Assembly: GCA_963705375.1 (NCBI GenBank)
Contig: OY970071.1
Location: 720,001-752,000 of the forward strand
Length of the DNA: 32,000 bases
Source of the DNA: Candidatus Saccharimonadota bacterium
GTDB lineage: Archaea; Micrarchaeota; Micrarchaeia; Micrarchaeales; Micrarchaeaceae
Direction of reading: 5' to 3'
In this document: piece after piece, positions 24,954 to 32,000 of the stretch
How the letters are laid out: each line of letters begins with the position of its first letter
How positions within the stretch are numbered: position 1 is the first letter of the stretch
Notes under the pieces: generated by a model
Seen by the model: only the letters and a program-made list of their open reading frames with translations
Databases searched by the model: none
What the model was told of the DNA's origin: nothing
Translations under genes and position numbers: made by a program

Positions 24954-25745
24954 ATGGCAGTTACTAACAGAACCCGTAAAACAGACAAAACACGAAGAAA
25001 AACTAGCAAGGCAGATACAAAAAAACCGGCACCGAAGAAAGCCGCATCCTCAGGGGCAATCAGGAAAGAGCGCAGAAATAACAAAATAGCAAAACCAGTA
25101 AAACGCGCCAAAAAGACGATGCTTGAAGGAGATTCCACCACAAGGGACAGAGTAGAGAGCGCAATCAAAGCAGATGCAGGTAAGAAGATTACGTTGGGAC
25201 TGCCTGGCGCTCCCGAAGCGAAAGAAGCCATAGACGCTTTGCTTGGAAATGATAAGGGAATAACCTACCTCAAAAAGAACGTCAGCAGAAGCGTTGCTGA
25301 TGTGATAAGCCTGCTCACAATAGCCAGGACCGACGAGTATATTGCAGAAAAGCTATGCATAAAGATAAATGCCGTAAGGCGCATACTCAACATAATGCAA
25401 AACTACGGAATAACAAATTACTACATATCAAAGAACAAGAACGGTTGGCTTTCTTTCGCATGGTATATGAACACGAGCAAGCTTCCTGCATTTTTGGAAT
25501 ATGTACGCGGCATAGAGTCTGAAAAGTCCATGATCGAAGAGAACTGCAACGACTATTTCGTCTGCAACAGCTGCTATAATGACAACAAACTCATATTCAC
25601 GTTTGATGCCGCTTATGAAGCAGGATTCTCGTGCAACGCCTGTGGAAAGAATCTGGACAGGTTGGGAGGTAAGAATGATGTTGAAAGGCTTTTGGATGAA
25701 AGTGCACAGGACGTAAAAACCTTGGAGCGTCCTGGTATAAAATAA
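24954..25745 (+). CDS. tfe: Transcription factor E (TFE-alpha) with a possible roughly 85-aa basic N-terminal extension
   Basis: Winged helix: VADVISLL....RTDEYIAEKL.IKINAVRRILN.MQNYGI.NYY.SKNKNGWLSFAWY. Zn ribbon: YFVCNSC.......F...A.E.GFSCNACG..L. The first 55 aa are about 40% Lys/Arg. An alternative start is Met56 at 25119. Confidence 0.8.
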   Translation: MAVTNRTRKTDKTRRKTSKADTKKPAPKKAASSGAIRKERRNNKIAKPVKRAKKTMLEGDSTTRDRVESAIKADAGKKITLGLPGAPEAKEAIDALLGNDKGITYLKKNVSRSVADVISLLTIARTDEYIAEKLCIKINAVRRILNIMQNYGITNYYISKNKNGWLSFAWYMNTSKLPAFLEYVRGIESEKSMIEENCNDYFVCNSCYNDNKLIFTFDAAYEAGFSCNACGKNLDRLGGKNDVERLLDESAQDVKTLERPGIK

Positions 25746-25904
25746 GAGTGGCAGACACCACCAACACCGCACAGCTTACTATTCCTATTCTACATCACAA
25801 TATTGAACATGCCTCCAGAAACGGTTAATAAGATTGTGATACATAACAATACAAGGTTCTGTGCAGACAGTGTAGTAAAAGATTCCTAGATATGTATATG
25901 AAAA

Positions 25905-25979
25905 AGCGAGGTAGGGTAGTCTGGAGTGCCCGCCGGGCTCATAACCCGGAGATCAATGGTCCAAATCCATTCCTCGCTA
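25905..25979 (+). tRNA. Initiator tRNA-Met (CAT)
   Basis: AGCGAGG-TA-GGGT-AGTCTGGAGT-GCCC-G-CCGGG-CTCATAA-CCCGG-AGATC-AATGG-TCCAAAT-CCATT-CCTCGCT-A. The A1:U72 pair and three G:C pairs closing the anticodon stem are initiator hallmarks. Confidence 0.85.
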
Positions 25980-25989
25980 CACTGTACAC

Positions 25990-26105
25990 TTCCGGTATTC
26001 TGTTTGCATGGTTCAATATTTAATTTATTATATGTTCAATATTTAATTTATTATATGTTCATCTAATCATATGTATATTATATAAGAGATGAACGAATAC
26101 CGGAA
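25990..26105. promoter_or_regulatory. Nested inverted repeats bracketing the AT-rich GINS upstream region
   Basis: Outer 11-bp perfect inverted repeat: TTCCGGTATTC (25990-26000) and GAATACCGGAA (26095-26105). Inner 7-bp repeat: GTTCATC (26057-26063) and GATGAAC (26088-26094), flanking TATATTATATAAG. Confidence 0.5.
26011..26061. repeat. 23-bp perfect tandem repeat x2 plus a 5-bp third start
   Basis: GTTCAATATTTAATTTATTATAT occurs at 26011-26033 and 26034-26056, followed by GTTCA at 26057-26061. Confidence 0.9.
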
Positions 26106-26116
26106 CTGTGGTGTCT

Positions 26117-26611
26117 ATGGAGGACTATATGAGTTATGATTATCTCTGGCAACTTTGCCAGAAAGAGAAGCAGACAAACCAGCTTACGCTAATACCAAAG
26201 ACTTTTTATGAAGACATATCCAACTTCATAACGTCTCTGGATCCCAATAACGAAAAGAGCATGCAGATAAAGACCAATGCGATAAAGATGGTCAACGAGC
26301 TGTTCGAAAGCAGGAAGCAGAAAATATTGTTCTATGTTGCGCACAGCAGGTCGCTGCCGCAGCCGATCTGCACCATAGAGTCAGAGTTCTATGATAATAT
26401 ACTACGGATAGTGAAGTCGAGCAAGATAGTGTTTGAAGGTGCAAAGGATAATCATATGGCACTAAAATCGCTTGTCGATATCCCCGAAATAATGCTGCCT
26501 TCCGGGAACAAACTGGGCCCACTTAAGAAGGACCAGCTTCTGAAGGACAAGTTTCCAGATGCAGACTTGAATTTCCTTCTGGCAAATGCAATTTGCGCTA
26601 ATTCAGAATGA
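26117..26611 (+). CDS. GINS complex subunit (Gins51/Gins15-like), probable
   Basis: 164 aa from the ATG. A-domain pattern L.....KE......L..IPKTFYEDI..FI..L.........N....V.ELFE.R..KI. B-domain-like tail VDIPEIMLPSGNKLGPLKKDQ....P..DLNFLL.N.. Confidence 0.6.
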   Translation: MEDYMSYDYLWQLCQKEKQTNQLTLIPKTFYEDISNFITSLDPNNEKSMQIKTNAIKMVNELFESRKQKILFYVAHSRSLPQPICTIESEFYDNILRIVKSSKIVFEGAKDNHMALKSLVDIPEIMLPSGNKLGPLKKDQLLKDKFPDADLNFLLANAICANSE

Positions 26612-26620
26612 TGTGATAAC

Positions 26621-26908
26621 GTGGAAGTACCAAAAGAAATTGTAACATATTGTCCGAAATGCGACAAGCACACGGTGCACACGCTTGTGGTGTGGTCAAG
26701 GAAATCACAGCGAGGGCTTAGTAAGGCAACACGCCAGCACAAACGCCAGATCAGGGGTTATGTCGGTAGCGTAGAGCCGAAGCTCAAGCCGAAGAAGCTG
26801 GGCAAGCACCAGAAGGCACTACTTAAATGCAAGGAGTGCAAATACACTGTCGAAAGAGTGTTCGGAGGAAGAACAAGAAAGAAGCTAGAGATCAAGCATG
26901 CACAGTGA
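26621..26908 (+). CDS. rpl44e: 50S ribosomal protein eL42 (L44e)
   Basis: GTG start. The sequence is MEVPKEIVTYCPKCDKHTVHTL.......G.....RQHKRQIRGY.G...PK.KP.K......LLKCKECKY, two CxxC pairs and the eL42 pattern. Confidence 0.9.
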   Translation: MEVPKEIVTYCPKCDKHTVHTLVVWSRKSQRGLSKATRQHKRQIRGYVGSVEPKLKPKKLGKHQKALLKCKECKYTVERVFGGRTRKKLEIKHAQ

Positions 26909-26912
26909 TTGA

Positions 26913-27707
26913 ATGGCAAACGTCCCGAAGGTAGGCGAGCACGTAATAGCCTCCATTTCAAAGGTGGCTAGGTTCGGCGCTTACTGCAAGCTGCTAGAGT
27001 ATGACAATCTAGAGGTGTTCCTGCCTATACGTGAGGTCTCGTCCGGCTGGATAAAGAACATAAGAGAATATGTGCACGAAGGGCAGAAGGTCGTGTGCAG
27101 CGTGCTGTTCTATGATAAGGAGAAAGGCACGATCGACGTTTCGCTAAAACGAGTCACACAGAGCCAAGCCAAGGAAAAGATCAGGGTATACAATTACGAG
27201 AAGAGGCTTGCCGCCCTTTTTGCCCAGTCGGTAAAGATGGCCGGCATGTATGAAGAAAAGCAAGCACTAATACAGAAGGCACTCTCAGAGTTTTCGACGT
27301 ACACTGCCTTGATGGACAATGCTATCAATGATTCCGAAGAATTCAAGAAATCGACGCTGCCCAAGAAGATCAAGGATACACTTTTGGAAACCTATGAGGC
27401 TAACAGGAAGAAGCGCCAGTACATCGTTGCATACAATATGCGCCTCTCTACATTCAATACAATGTCTGGCATAACAGAGCTCAAAGATATTATTGCGGCC
27501 GTGAAACATCTAGGGATAGATGTGAGCTACATCAGCGCACCCCATTATAGGTTGGTTGCAGAAGGTGAAGACTATTCCAAAGCAGAAGACAAGATAAAGC
27601 AAGCTGCCCAATTGGTTCAGTCCAGACTCAAGAAAGGCATATTTGAAATAGAGAAAGAAAAGCTCAAGAAGGCAAAAGAGGACCTTCTAGACATTTCACA
27701 GGCATGA
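26913..27707 (+). CDS. eif2a: Translation initiation factor aIF2 alpha subunit
   Basis: 264 aa. The N-terminal S1 domain is PKVGEHVIASI.KV..FGAYC.LLEYDNLE.FLPI.EVSSGWIKNIREYV.EGQKVVC.VL..D...G.IDVSLKRV. It has the usual position after eL42. Confidence 0.9.
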   Translation: MANVPKVGEHVIASISKVARFGAYCKLLEYDNLEVFLPIREVSSGWIKNIREYVHEGQKVVCSVLFYDKEKGTIDVSLKRVTQSQAKEKIRVYNYEKRLAALFAQSVKMAGMYEEKQALIQKALSEFSTYTALMDNAINDSEEFKKSTLPKKIKDTLLETYEANRKKRQYIVAYNMRLSTFNTMSGITELKDIIAAVKHLGIDVSYISAPHYRLVAEGEDYSKAEDKIKQAAQLVQSRLKKGIFEIEKEKLKKAKEDLLDISQA

Positions 27708-28501
27708 CCATGAATCCAAAAAAGACGACGATAGTTGTCAGGAAGGCTGTTAAACTCAACAAACCGATAATGCTTGTTGGCATGCCGGGCATAGGTAATG
27801 TCGGAAAGCTGGTCGCTGAGCACCTGAGGCGTGAATTCAAGGCAACGAAGTTCGCAACCCTCTACTCCCCATATCTGCCTGACAGGGTCAACATGCTCAA
27901 GGATGGCACGGTAAGAATCTCACACAACAGCTTCTATCTATTAAAAGCAGGCAAGGCGTCCAAGAATGACATCGTCATAGTCACCGGAGATGCCCAGGGT
28001 GTCTCCTCAAGAGGCAGGTATGAAATAAACACGAAAATTGTGGATTTCTTCAAGAAAAAGATGAATGGTACTTTCATATACACCATCGGAGGCTACAATG
28101 CAGGTGGTGAAACTTTTGTAAAGACTCCTAGGGTGTTCGGCAGCGCAACAAGCAAGCGCGTTGTCGATCAGTTCAAAGGTTCAGATGTTGTGTTCGGGGA
28201 GACCAAAGGCTTCATAATGGGCTCGGCGGGTCTCGTCATCGCGTTTGCCAAGGTGCACAGGATAGATGCCATATGCTTGATGGGCGAGACCAGTCTGCTC
28301 GATGTAGATGCTAGCGCTGCAAAGGCTGTTCTCATTGTGCTTGCAAAAAGGCTGAACCTTCAAATAGACATGAGCAAGCTTGACAAAATCATAGAGGGCA
28401 CTGCCAAGTTCGTGAGGGAGCTGGAGCGCCAGGTCGGTGTGAGCGCGCAGCTGGAGAAGTTCCACAAGGAGCCAGAGGGCCATCCCTCATACATACGCTA
28501 A
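27704..28501 (+). CDS. PAC2-family proteasome assembly chaperone-like protein (COG1938)
   Basis: 265 aa with KPIMLVGMPGIGNVGKLVAEHL. It lies downstream of aIF2-alpha, as in the conserved archaeal cluster. ATGA overlap with eif2a. Confidence 0.65.
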   Translation: MTMNPKKTTIVVRKAVKLNKPIMLVGMPGIGNVGKLVAEHLRREFKATKFATLYSPYLPDRVNMLKDGTVRISHNSFYLLKAGKASKNDIVIVTGDAQGVSSRGRYEINTKIVDFFKKKMNGTFIYTIGGYNAGGETFVKTPRVFGSATSKRVVDQFKGSDVVFGETKGFIMGSAGLVIAFAKVHRIDAICLMGETSLLDVDASAAKAVLIVLAKRLNLQIDMSKLDKIIEGTAKFVRELERQVGVSAQLEKFHKEPEGHPSYIR

Positions 28502-28508
28502 GCAGTCA

Positions 28509-29945
28509 TCATCCTACAAATGTCGGTCTTTTGGACATCAGCATTGGCATTGGTAGGCTGGCCTTCGGCATGCCGGCTGTTTTATTCTCTATAGTTTCGG
28601 CCAGTTTCGATAATGTTGATTCCTCCAACTTCTTGCTATCTCTTGTCCTTACTGCCATCGATCCTGATTGGATCTCTTTATCTCCGACAACGCAGATATA
28701 CGGGATCCAATCCTGCTCGGCATTTCTTATCTTTTTATCCATTGAGCTTTCGCCGTCATCTACATCTGCCCTTATGCCGTTCTGTGCCATATCCTGTGCG
28801 AATCTTACACAGTGCTCGACATGCTTGTCTGACACAGGCACAAATCTAACTTGTGTGGGGCTAAGCCATAGTGGCAGTTTAGGGATTTGCCCCTTTCTCT
28901 GCTTTATTGCGGCTAGCTCAAGCAAGGCGTAGATCACTCTTTCTATGGCACCACTCGGAGAGCAGTGCAGTATCGTCGCATTTTCTTTTTTACCTTGCGA
29001 GTCTACGTAAGTTATGCCGTACCTCTTGCTGTTTTCGTGGTCTATCTGTACCGTTGACAATGCAGAAGCCTTGTCCATTGTATCGACGACGTTGAATTCG
29101 AATTTTGGGTCGAAATACGCATACCTGAAGCTCCACATCTCTATCAACGCGGGTTTTTTGAGCTTGTTCTTGACCAAGTCCGATACAAACTCCTTGTTCT
29201 TCGACCAGAATTCTTCTGTAAATCTTATCGCAGCCTCATATTCTGTATCTTCTATCCCAATCGAGGCCAGCACTTTCTGGCAAAACCGAAACTGCTTACC
29301 AAACTCGTCCTCTGCCTGCTCAAGGTTGCTGCAAACAGTGTGCATATCTGGCATCGTGAAGGCGCGCATGCGTTTTAACCCAACAACTTCGCCACTCTTT
29401 TCCCTCCTAAAACTGTATCTGGTAAGCTCGTAGACCTTCAGGGGTAGTTGCTTGTACGACATTGTCGTGTCGTGCATTATCAAGAACTGGCCGAAGCAGG
29501 CTGAGAATCGTAGGAAGAAGTCCTTATCGTCTGACTTTATTATGTAGTGTCTCGCCGGAAATCGTGCCAAATAATCCTTGAAGGCAGGATGCTCATAATC
29601 GTACATTATCGGTGTCTCTACCTCCACCGCGCCATACTGGGCCGTCATTTCGGTTACGTACTTCTCAAGCAGGCTTTTGATAAGCCGTCCGTTCGGATAG
29701 TATCTCATGTTGCCAGAGTCTGAACCGGGTTCATAATCCACAAGCTGCAACTTGCGCATCAACTTTATATGCTCGGGTATTTGTTCGTAGCTTCTTACCT
29801 TTTTTATTTCATAATCGGCAAATTTTCTGAGGTTCTCGAAATTTGTAAAATCAAAATCCTCTACCTTGGCAAGTTTACCCTCAGTGTCCAGTATATGCCA
29901 GCTGGACTTCACTTTTTCTTCATCATTTAGTGCATTTGATGGCAT
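28509..29945 (-). CDS. thrS: Threonyl-tRNA synthetase, archaeal-type catalytic plus anticodon-binding core, no N-terminal editing domain
   Basis: 478 aa with HIKLMRKLQLVDYEPGSDSGNMRYYPNGRLI, FRREKSGEVVGLKRMRAFTMPDMH, SPSGAIERVIYALLE and LPLWLSPTQVRF.PV. The protein begins where the post-editing linker of roughly 620-aa archaeal ThrRS begins. Confidence 0.85.
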   Translation of the reverse strand: MPSNALNDEEKVKSSWHILDTEGKLAKVEDFDFTNFENLRKFADYEIKKVRSYEQIPEHIKLMRKLQLVDYEPGSDSGNMRYYPNGRLIKSLLEKYVTEMTAQYGAVEVETPIMYDYEHPAFKDYLARFPARHYIIKSDDKDFFLRFSACFGQFLIMHDTTMSYKQLPLKVYELTRYSFRREKSGEVVGLKRMRAFTMPDMHTVCSNLEQAEDEFGKQFRFCQKVLASIGIEDTEYEAAIRFTEEFWSKNKEFVSDLVKNKLKKPALIEMWSFRYAYFDPKFEFNVVDTMDKASALSTVQIDHENSKRYGITYVDSQGKKENATILHCSPSGAIERVIYALLELAAIKQRKGQIPKLPLWLSPTQVRFVPVSDKHVEHCVRFAQDMAQNGIRADVDDGESSMDKKIRNAEQDWIPYICVVGDKEIQSGSMAVRTRDSKKLEESTLSKLAETIENKTAGMPKASLPMPMLMSKRPTFVG

Positions 29946-30233
29946 TTTATCACTTATCGTGCTAACGCTAACAATATCGAAAAATCTGGCCCAGATTTGT
30001 GGCTGATCAGTTTCTCTGCCGAAGAATAAGCCAATTCAAGAATCATGCTGTTTGGCAGTGACCACGCATCCAATTCACACATAGTCATCCACGTAAAGCT
30101 TTATAGTGTTTTTGTGCAACGCACCGCACACGTCGTACGAAGCCAAATAATTCAAAATAGTACGTGCAGTTTAGATGTTTATAAAAACCTACACGTTGGA
30201 TATCTGAATGCTTCTGTTAGAAAAGATGATGTT

Positions 30234-30839
30234 ATGGATTGGACAAAACTTGCAGATGATGCTGCTGTTAAGAAGGTCGCAGATGCCCTCACAAAGAGGG
30301 GTATGAAAGTTCAGATTGTCAAAAACAAAAAAGAGGCAATGGAGCTTATTCTAAGCCTTATACCACACCATGCCGAATTAACATGCGCAAACTCTATAAC
30401 TCTCGATCAGATGGGCATGAACGACGCCATTATGAATGGTGACTTTGTTTCGCTTAAAGAAATGCTGACTATGGATGGCAAGGCATATGCTCGTAATGAT
30501 GCGTGGAGGAAAGCAGTGACTCCCCAATATGGAGTGGGAAGCGTACACGCCATAACAGAGAACGGGGAGATTGTGGTTGCATCTTCAAGCGGAAGCCAGT
30601 TGTCCTTCTACGCGTATACTGCAGAGAAACTGATATTGGTTGTTGGGGCTCAGAAAATAGTCAAGGATCTTAATCAGGCCCTGGACAGGATATATCAGTA
30701 CACTCTGCCACTGGTGACCGAACAGGAAGCGAAGATGGGGCTTATCGGTACAGACGTGAACAAGATTCTCATCGTAGAGCGAGAACACATACCAGACAGA
30801 ACGACGATAGTGCTGGTCAGAGAAAGGCTAGGTTTCTAG
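30234..30839 (+). CDS. LUD-domain protein (LutC/YkgG-like, DUF162)
   Basis: 201 aa from the internal ATG (MDWTKLADDAAVKKVADALTKRGMKVQIV.NKKEA...). Carries GVGSVHAITENGEIVVASSSGSQL and KLILVVGAQKIV.DL.QA..RI. The 63 upstream codons of the track ORF look non-coding. Confidence 0.55.
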   Translation: MDWTKLADDAAVKKVADALTKRGMKVQIVKNKKEAMELILSLIPHHAELTCANSITLDQMGMNDAIMNGDFVSLKEMLTMDGKAYARNDAWRKAVTPQYGVGSVHAITENGEIVVASSSGSQLSFYAYTAEKLILVVGAQKIVKDLNQALDRIYQYTLPLVTEQEAKMGLIGTDVNKILIVEREHIPDRTTIVLVRERLGF

Positions 30840-30911
30840 AAGTGCCTATCTGTGTTGAACCTTCAAAGTATTAAAACACATTAATAGGGCCTTTTAAGCC
30901 AACAAATTAAT

Positions 30912-30998
30912 TGCGCCAGCCGGGATTTGGACCCGGATCGCTAGCTGTTTCCAATATTATGGGAAGCTAGTATCTTAACCAGGTTGGATCACTGGCGC
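30912..30998 (-). tRNA. tRNA-Gly(CCC) with a 13-nt intron at 37/38
   Basis: The reverse complement reads GCGCCAG-TG-ATCC-AACCTGGTTA-AGAT-A-CTAGC-TTCCCA[TAATATTGGAAAC]A-GCTAG-CGAT-CCGGG-TCCAAAT-CCCGG-CTGGCGC-A. The TTCC/GGAA helix with 3-nt bulges forms a bulge-helix-loop splice motif. Confidence 0.8.
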
Positions 30999-31160
30999 AT
31001 CAAGAGCGATATACTTTTCAGCACTAACATATTTAATCGTGCCAGGGTTTGGCGCATGCACGATGTAGGGGCTATGGGCTAGATCTATAGTGGATGTGTC
31101 TGATCCTGCCTGACATACTTTTTTATTTTAGTGTTCCGCATTATTCCAAAGGTAATTTGT

Positions 31161-31685
31161 ATGGGGCTGTTTGGAATCGGAGACGGAAAGATGGAGATGC
31201 AGATTGCTAATGTAAATGTGGCGCCAGGTGAAACCGTGGAAGGCGCTGCCACACTGACCTTAAACAAGGACGTCAAGGGCAAAGAAGTCCTTGCAACACT
31301 ATTTGCAGAAAGGACTGAAATACGCTACTATAATGGAAAGCGTAATAGTAGCCGCGTTAGAATGTATGCAAAGTCCGAAACGCTCGATACCGAAAAACTC
31401 TATACAAAACAAGACAGTCCGTATCAGTACAAATTCAGTTTTGTTATTCCTTTGCTTCAGACTCCTCAGACTAGTGCGGCCCCCTCGGGAGCACTTGGTG
31501 CTGCCCTTGAGGTTGTGGGAGTGCTGAATACGATTAGTGGGAATAGTGTGGAATATAGTCCCGCGTGTTGGTATGTTATGGTAGAACTAAAGCACGAAGC
31601 CATGCTAACTTTTTCTATCTCAAAGATGACAGAGATAAACGTGGCTGCACCACCACAACCTGGTGGTGGGGCAATTACAAACTAA
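31161..31685 (+). CDS. Hypothetical protein, SpoOM/arrestin-N-like N-terminus (weak)
   Basis: 174 aa from the ATG (MGLFGIGDGKMEMQIANVNVAPGETVEGAATLTLNKDVKGKEV...). GIG...pGE.V.G...L resembles SpoOM-type beta-sandwich proteins. TTTTTTATTTTA lies about 35 nt upstream. Confidence 0.35.
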   Translation: MGLFGIGDGKMEMQIANVNVAPGETVEGAATLTLNKDVKGKEVLATLFAERTEIRYYNGKRNSSRVRMYAKSETLDTEKLYTKQDSPYQYKFSFVIPLLQTPQTSAAPSGALGAALEVVGVLNTISGNSVEYSPACWYVMVELKHEAMLTFSISKMTEINVAAPPQPGGGAITN

Positions 31686-31694
31686 AGTGACTAA

Positions 31695-32000
31695 ATGGTC
31701 AAGCCAGAATGGCTCACAATACGGCCAGCTTCTACAAAAGAGTATCAAAACATCAAGGATTCTATTGCTGTGTTCGGACTGAACACAGTGTGCGTTGAGG
31801 CCCACTGCCCCAACATGTCTGAGTGTTGGAGTGCAGGCACTGCGACGGTCATGGTTCTTGGAGATGTGTGCACAAGGGGGTGCAAATTCTGCGCAGTTAA
31901 AAAGGGTGCGAAAGGTGAACTCTTAGATTCAGCAGAACCGATCAAACTTGCAAATGCGATACGTGGTTGGCATCTCAAGTATGCAGTGATAACTTCTGTG
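31695..32000 (+). CDS. lipA: Lipoyl synthase, 5' part (runs off the window)
   Basis: My own translation gives MVKPEWLTIRPASTKEYQNIKDSIAVFGLNTVCVEAHCPNMSECWSAGTATVMVLGDVCTRGCKFCAVKKG...EP..LA.AI....LKYAVITSV. It has both LipA Cys clusters, C.EA.CPN..ECW and CTRGC.FC. Confidence 0.9.
   Translation, partial: MVKPEWLTIRPASTKEYQNIKDSIAVFGLNTVCVEAHCPNMSECWSAGTATVMVLGDVCTRGCKFCAVKKGAKGELLDSAEPIKLANAIRGWHLKYAVITSV

Noticed and set aside
24938-25231. 97-aa minus-strand ORF
   Set aside because: It is antisense to the A-rich 5' region of tfe. It is hydrophobic and low-complexity because it reads the complement of Lys codons.
25996-26107. AT-rich repeat region considered as a replication origin
   Set aside because: It has no ORB or mini-ORB-like GTTCCA...TGGAAC element, and there is no orc1/cdc6 gene in the window. 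It is kept only as a minor alternative in the repeat finding.
29982-29998. Perfect 7-bp hairpin (AAATCTG-GCC-CAGATTT) in the thrS 5' leader, considered as a possible ThrRS autoregulatory operator
   Set aside because: The 3-nt loop has no resemblance to a threonine anticodon loop. A single short hairpin is not enough, and no archaeal precedent is known to me.
30087-30200. Cluster of four ACGT-core motifs in the thrS/LUD divergent spacer
   Set aside because: The cores are only 4-6 nt with inconsistent flanks and spacing, which is compatible with chance.
30045-30233. 63-codon N-terminal extension of the LUD-domain ORF
   Set aside because: The extension (MLFGSDHASNSHIVIHV...) has non-protein-like composition and contains the TATA-like GTTTATAAAAACC. 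The LUD homology begins at the ATG at 30234.
1-32000. CRISPR arrays, rRNA genes, or a known defence system (restriction-modification, Argonaute, retron or toxin-antitoxin pair)
   Set aside because: There are no regularly spaced direct repeats and no rRNA-like sequence. No ORF has a signature I could assign to cas, Argonaute, reverse transcriptase, methyltransferase or nuclease families. The only TA-like piece is the startless HicB-like frame.

Overview
This is an archaeal chromosomal window, shown by PCNA, PriL, GINS, TFE, aIF2-alpha, AglB/STT3, Rpp21, eL15, eL42 and BHB-intron tRNAs. GC is moderate, ATA is the dominant Ile codon, and genes are tightly packed. All family calls rest on motifs read by eye from the ORF track or my own translations; no database search was possible.

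Layout:
- 1-820: uL30-uL15 pair (uL15 runs off the left edge).
- 1026-3302: bacterial-type aroG-aroB pair.
- 3487-4713: small Zn-finger gene, priL and a tRNA-Pro-like gene.
- 4776-6690: ABC-2 permease with no adjacent ATPase gene, and a hypothetical gene.
- 6884-8889: PCNA, a degenerate DJ-1-like gene, Rpp21 and a HIT hydrolase.
- 8898-9065: a HicB/UPF0150-like frame with no canonical start codon.
- 9374-10270: an unknown 298-aa gene.
- 10281-18120: one minus-strand block of L3-L4-L23-L2-S19-L22-S3 running straight into a 1083-aa AglB and then an intron-containing tRNA-Ile(TAT).
- 18383-20455: a three-gene islet of unknown function, including a transglutaminase-like Cys-His-Asp protein.
- 20551-21700: Pcc1, a short Brix-like gene and eL15.
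- 21877-23903: two head-to-tail IS4/IS5-type insertion sequences.
- 23996-28501: an acidic unknown gene, TFE, initiator tRNA, a repeat-rich AT-rich spacer, GINS, eL42, aIF2-alpha and PAC2.
- 28509-32000: ThrRS without an editing domain, a LUD-domain gene, an intron-containing tRNA-Gly(CCC), a SpoOM/arrestin-like gene and the lipA 5' end.

There is no CRISPR array, no rRNA and no recognisable known defence system. The best candidates for something new are:
- the diverged tandem IS pair with a shared ACCATAG heptamer, plus a matching solo-end relic upstream of aroG;
- the genomically encoded UAU tRNA-Ile;
- AglB grafted onto the ribosomal protein operon;
- the transglutaminase-like islet;
- the nested inverted and tandem repeat architecture over the GINS promoter.

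None of these can be called a new system from sequence alone.
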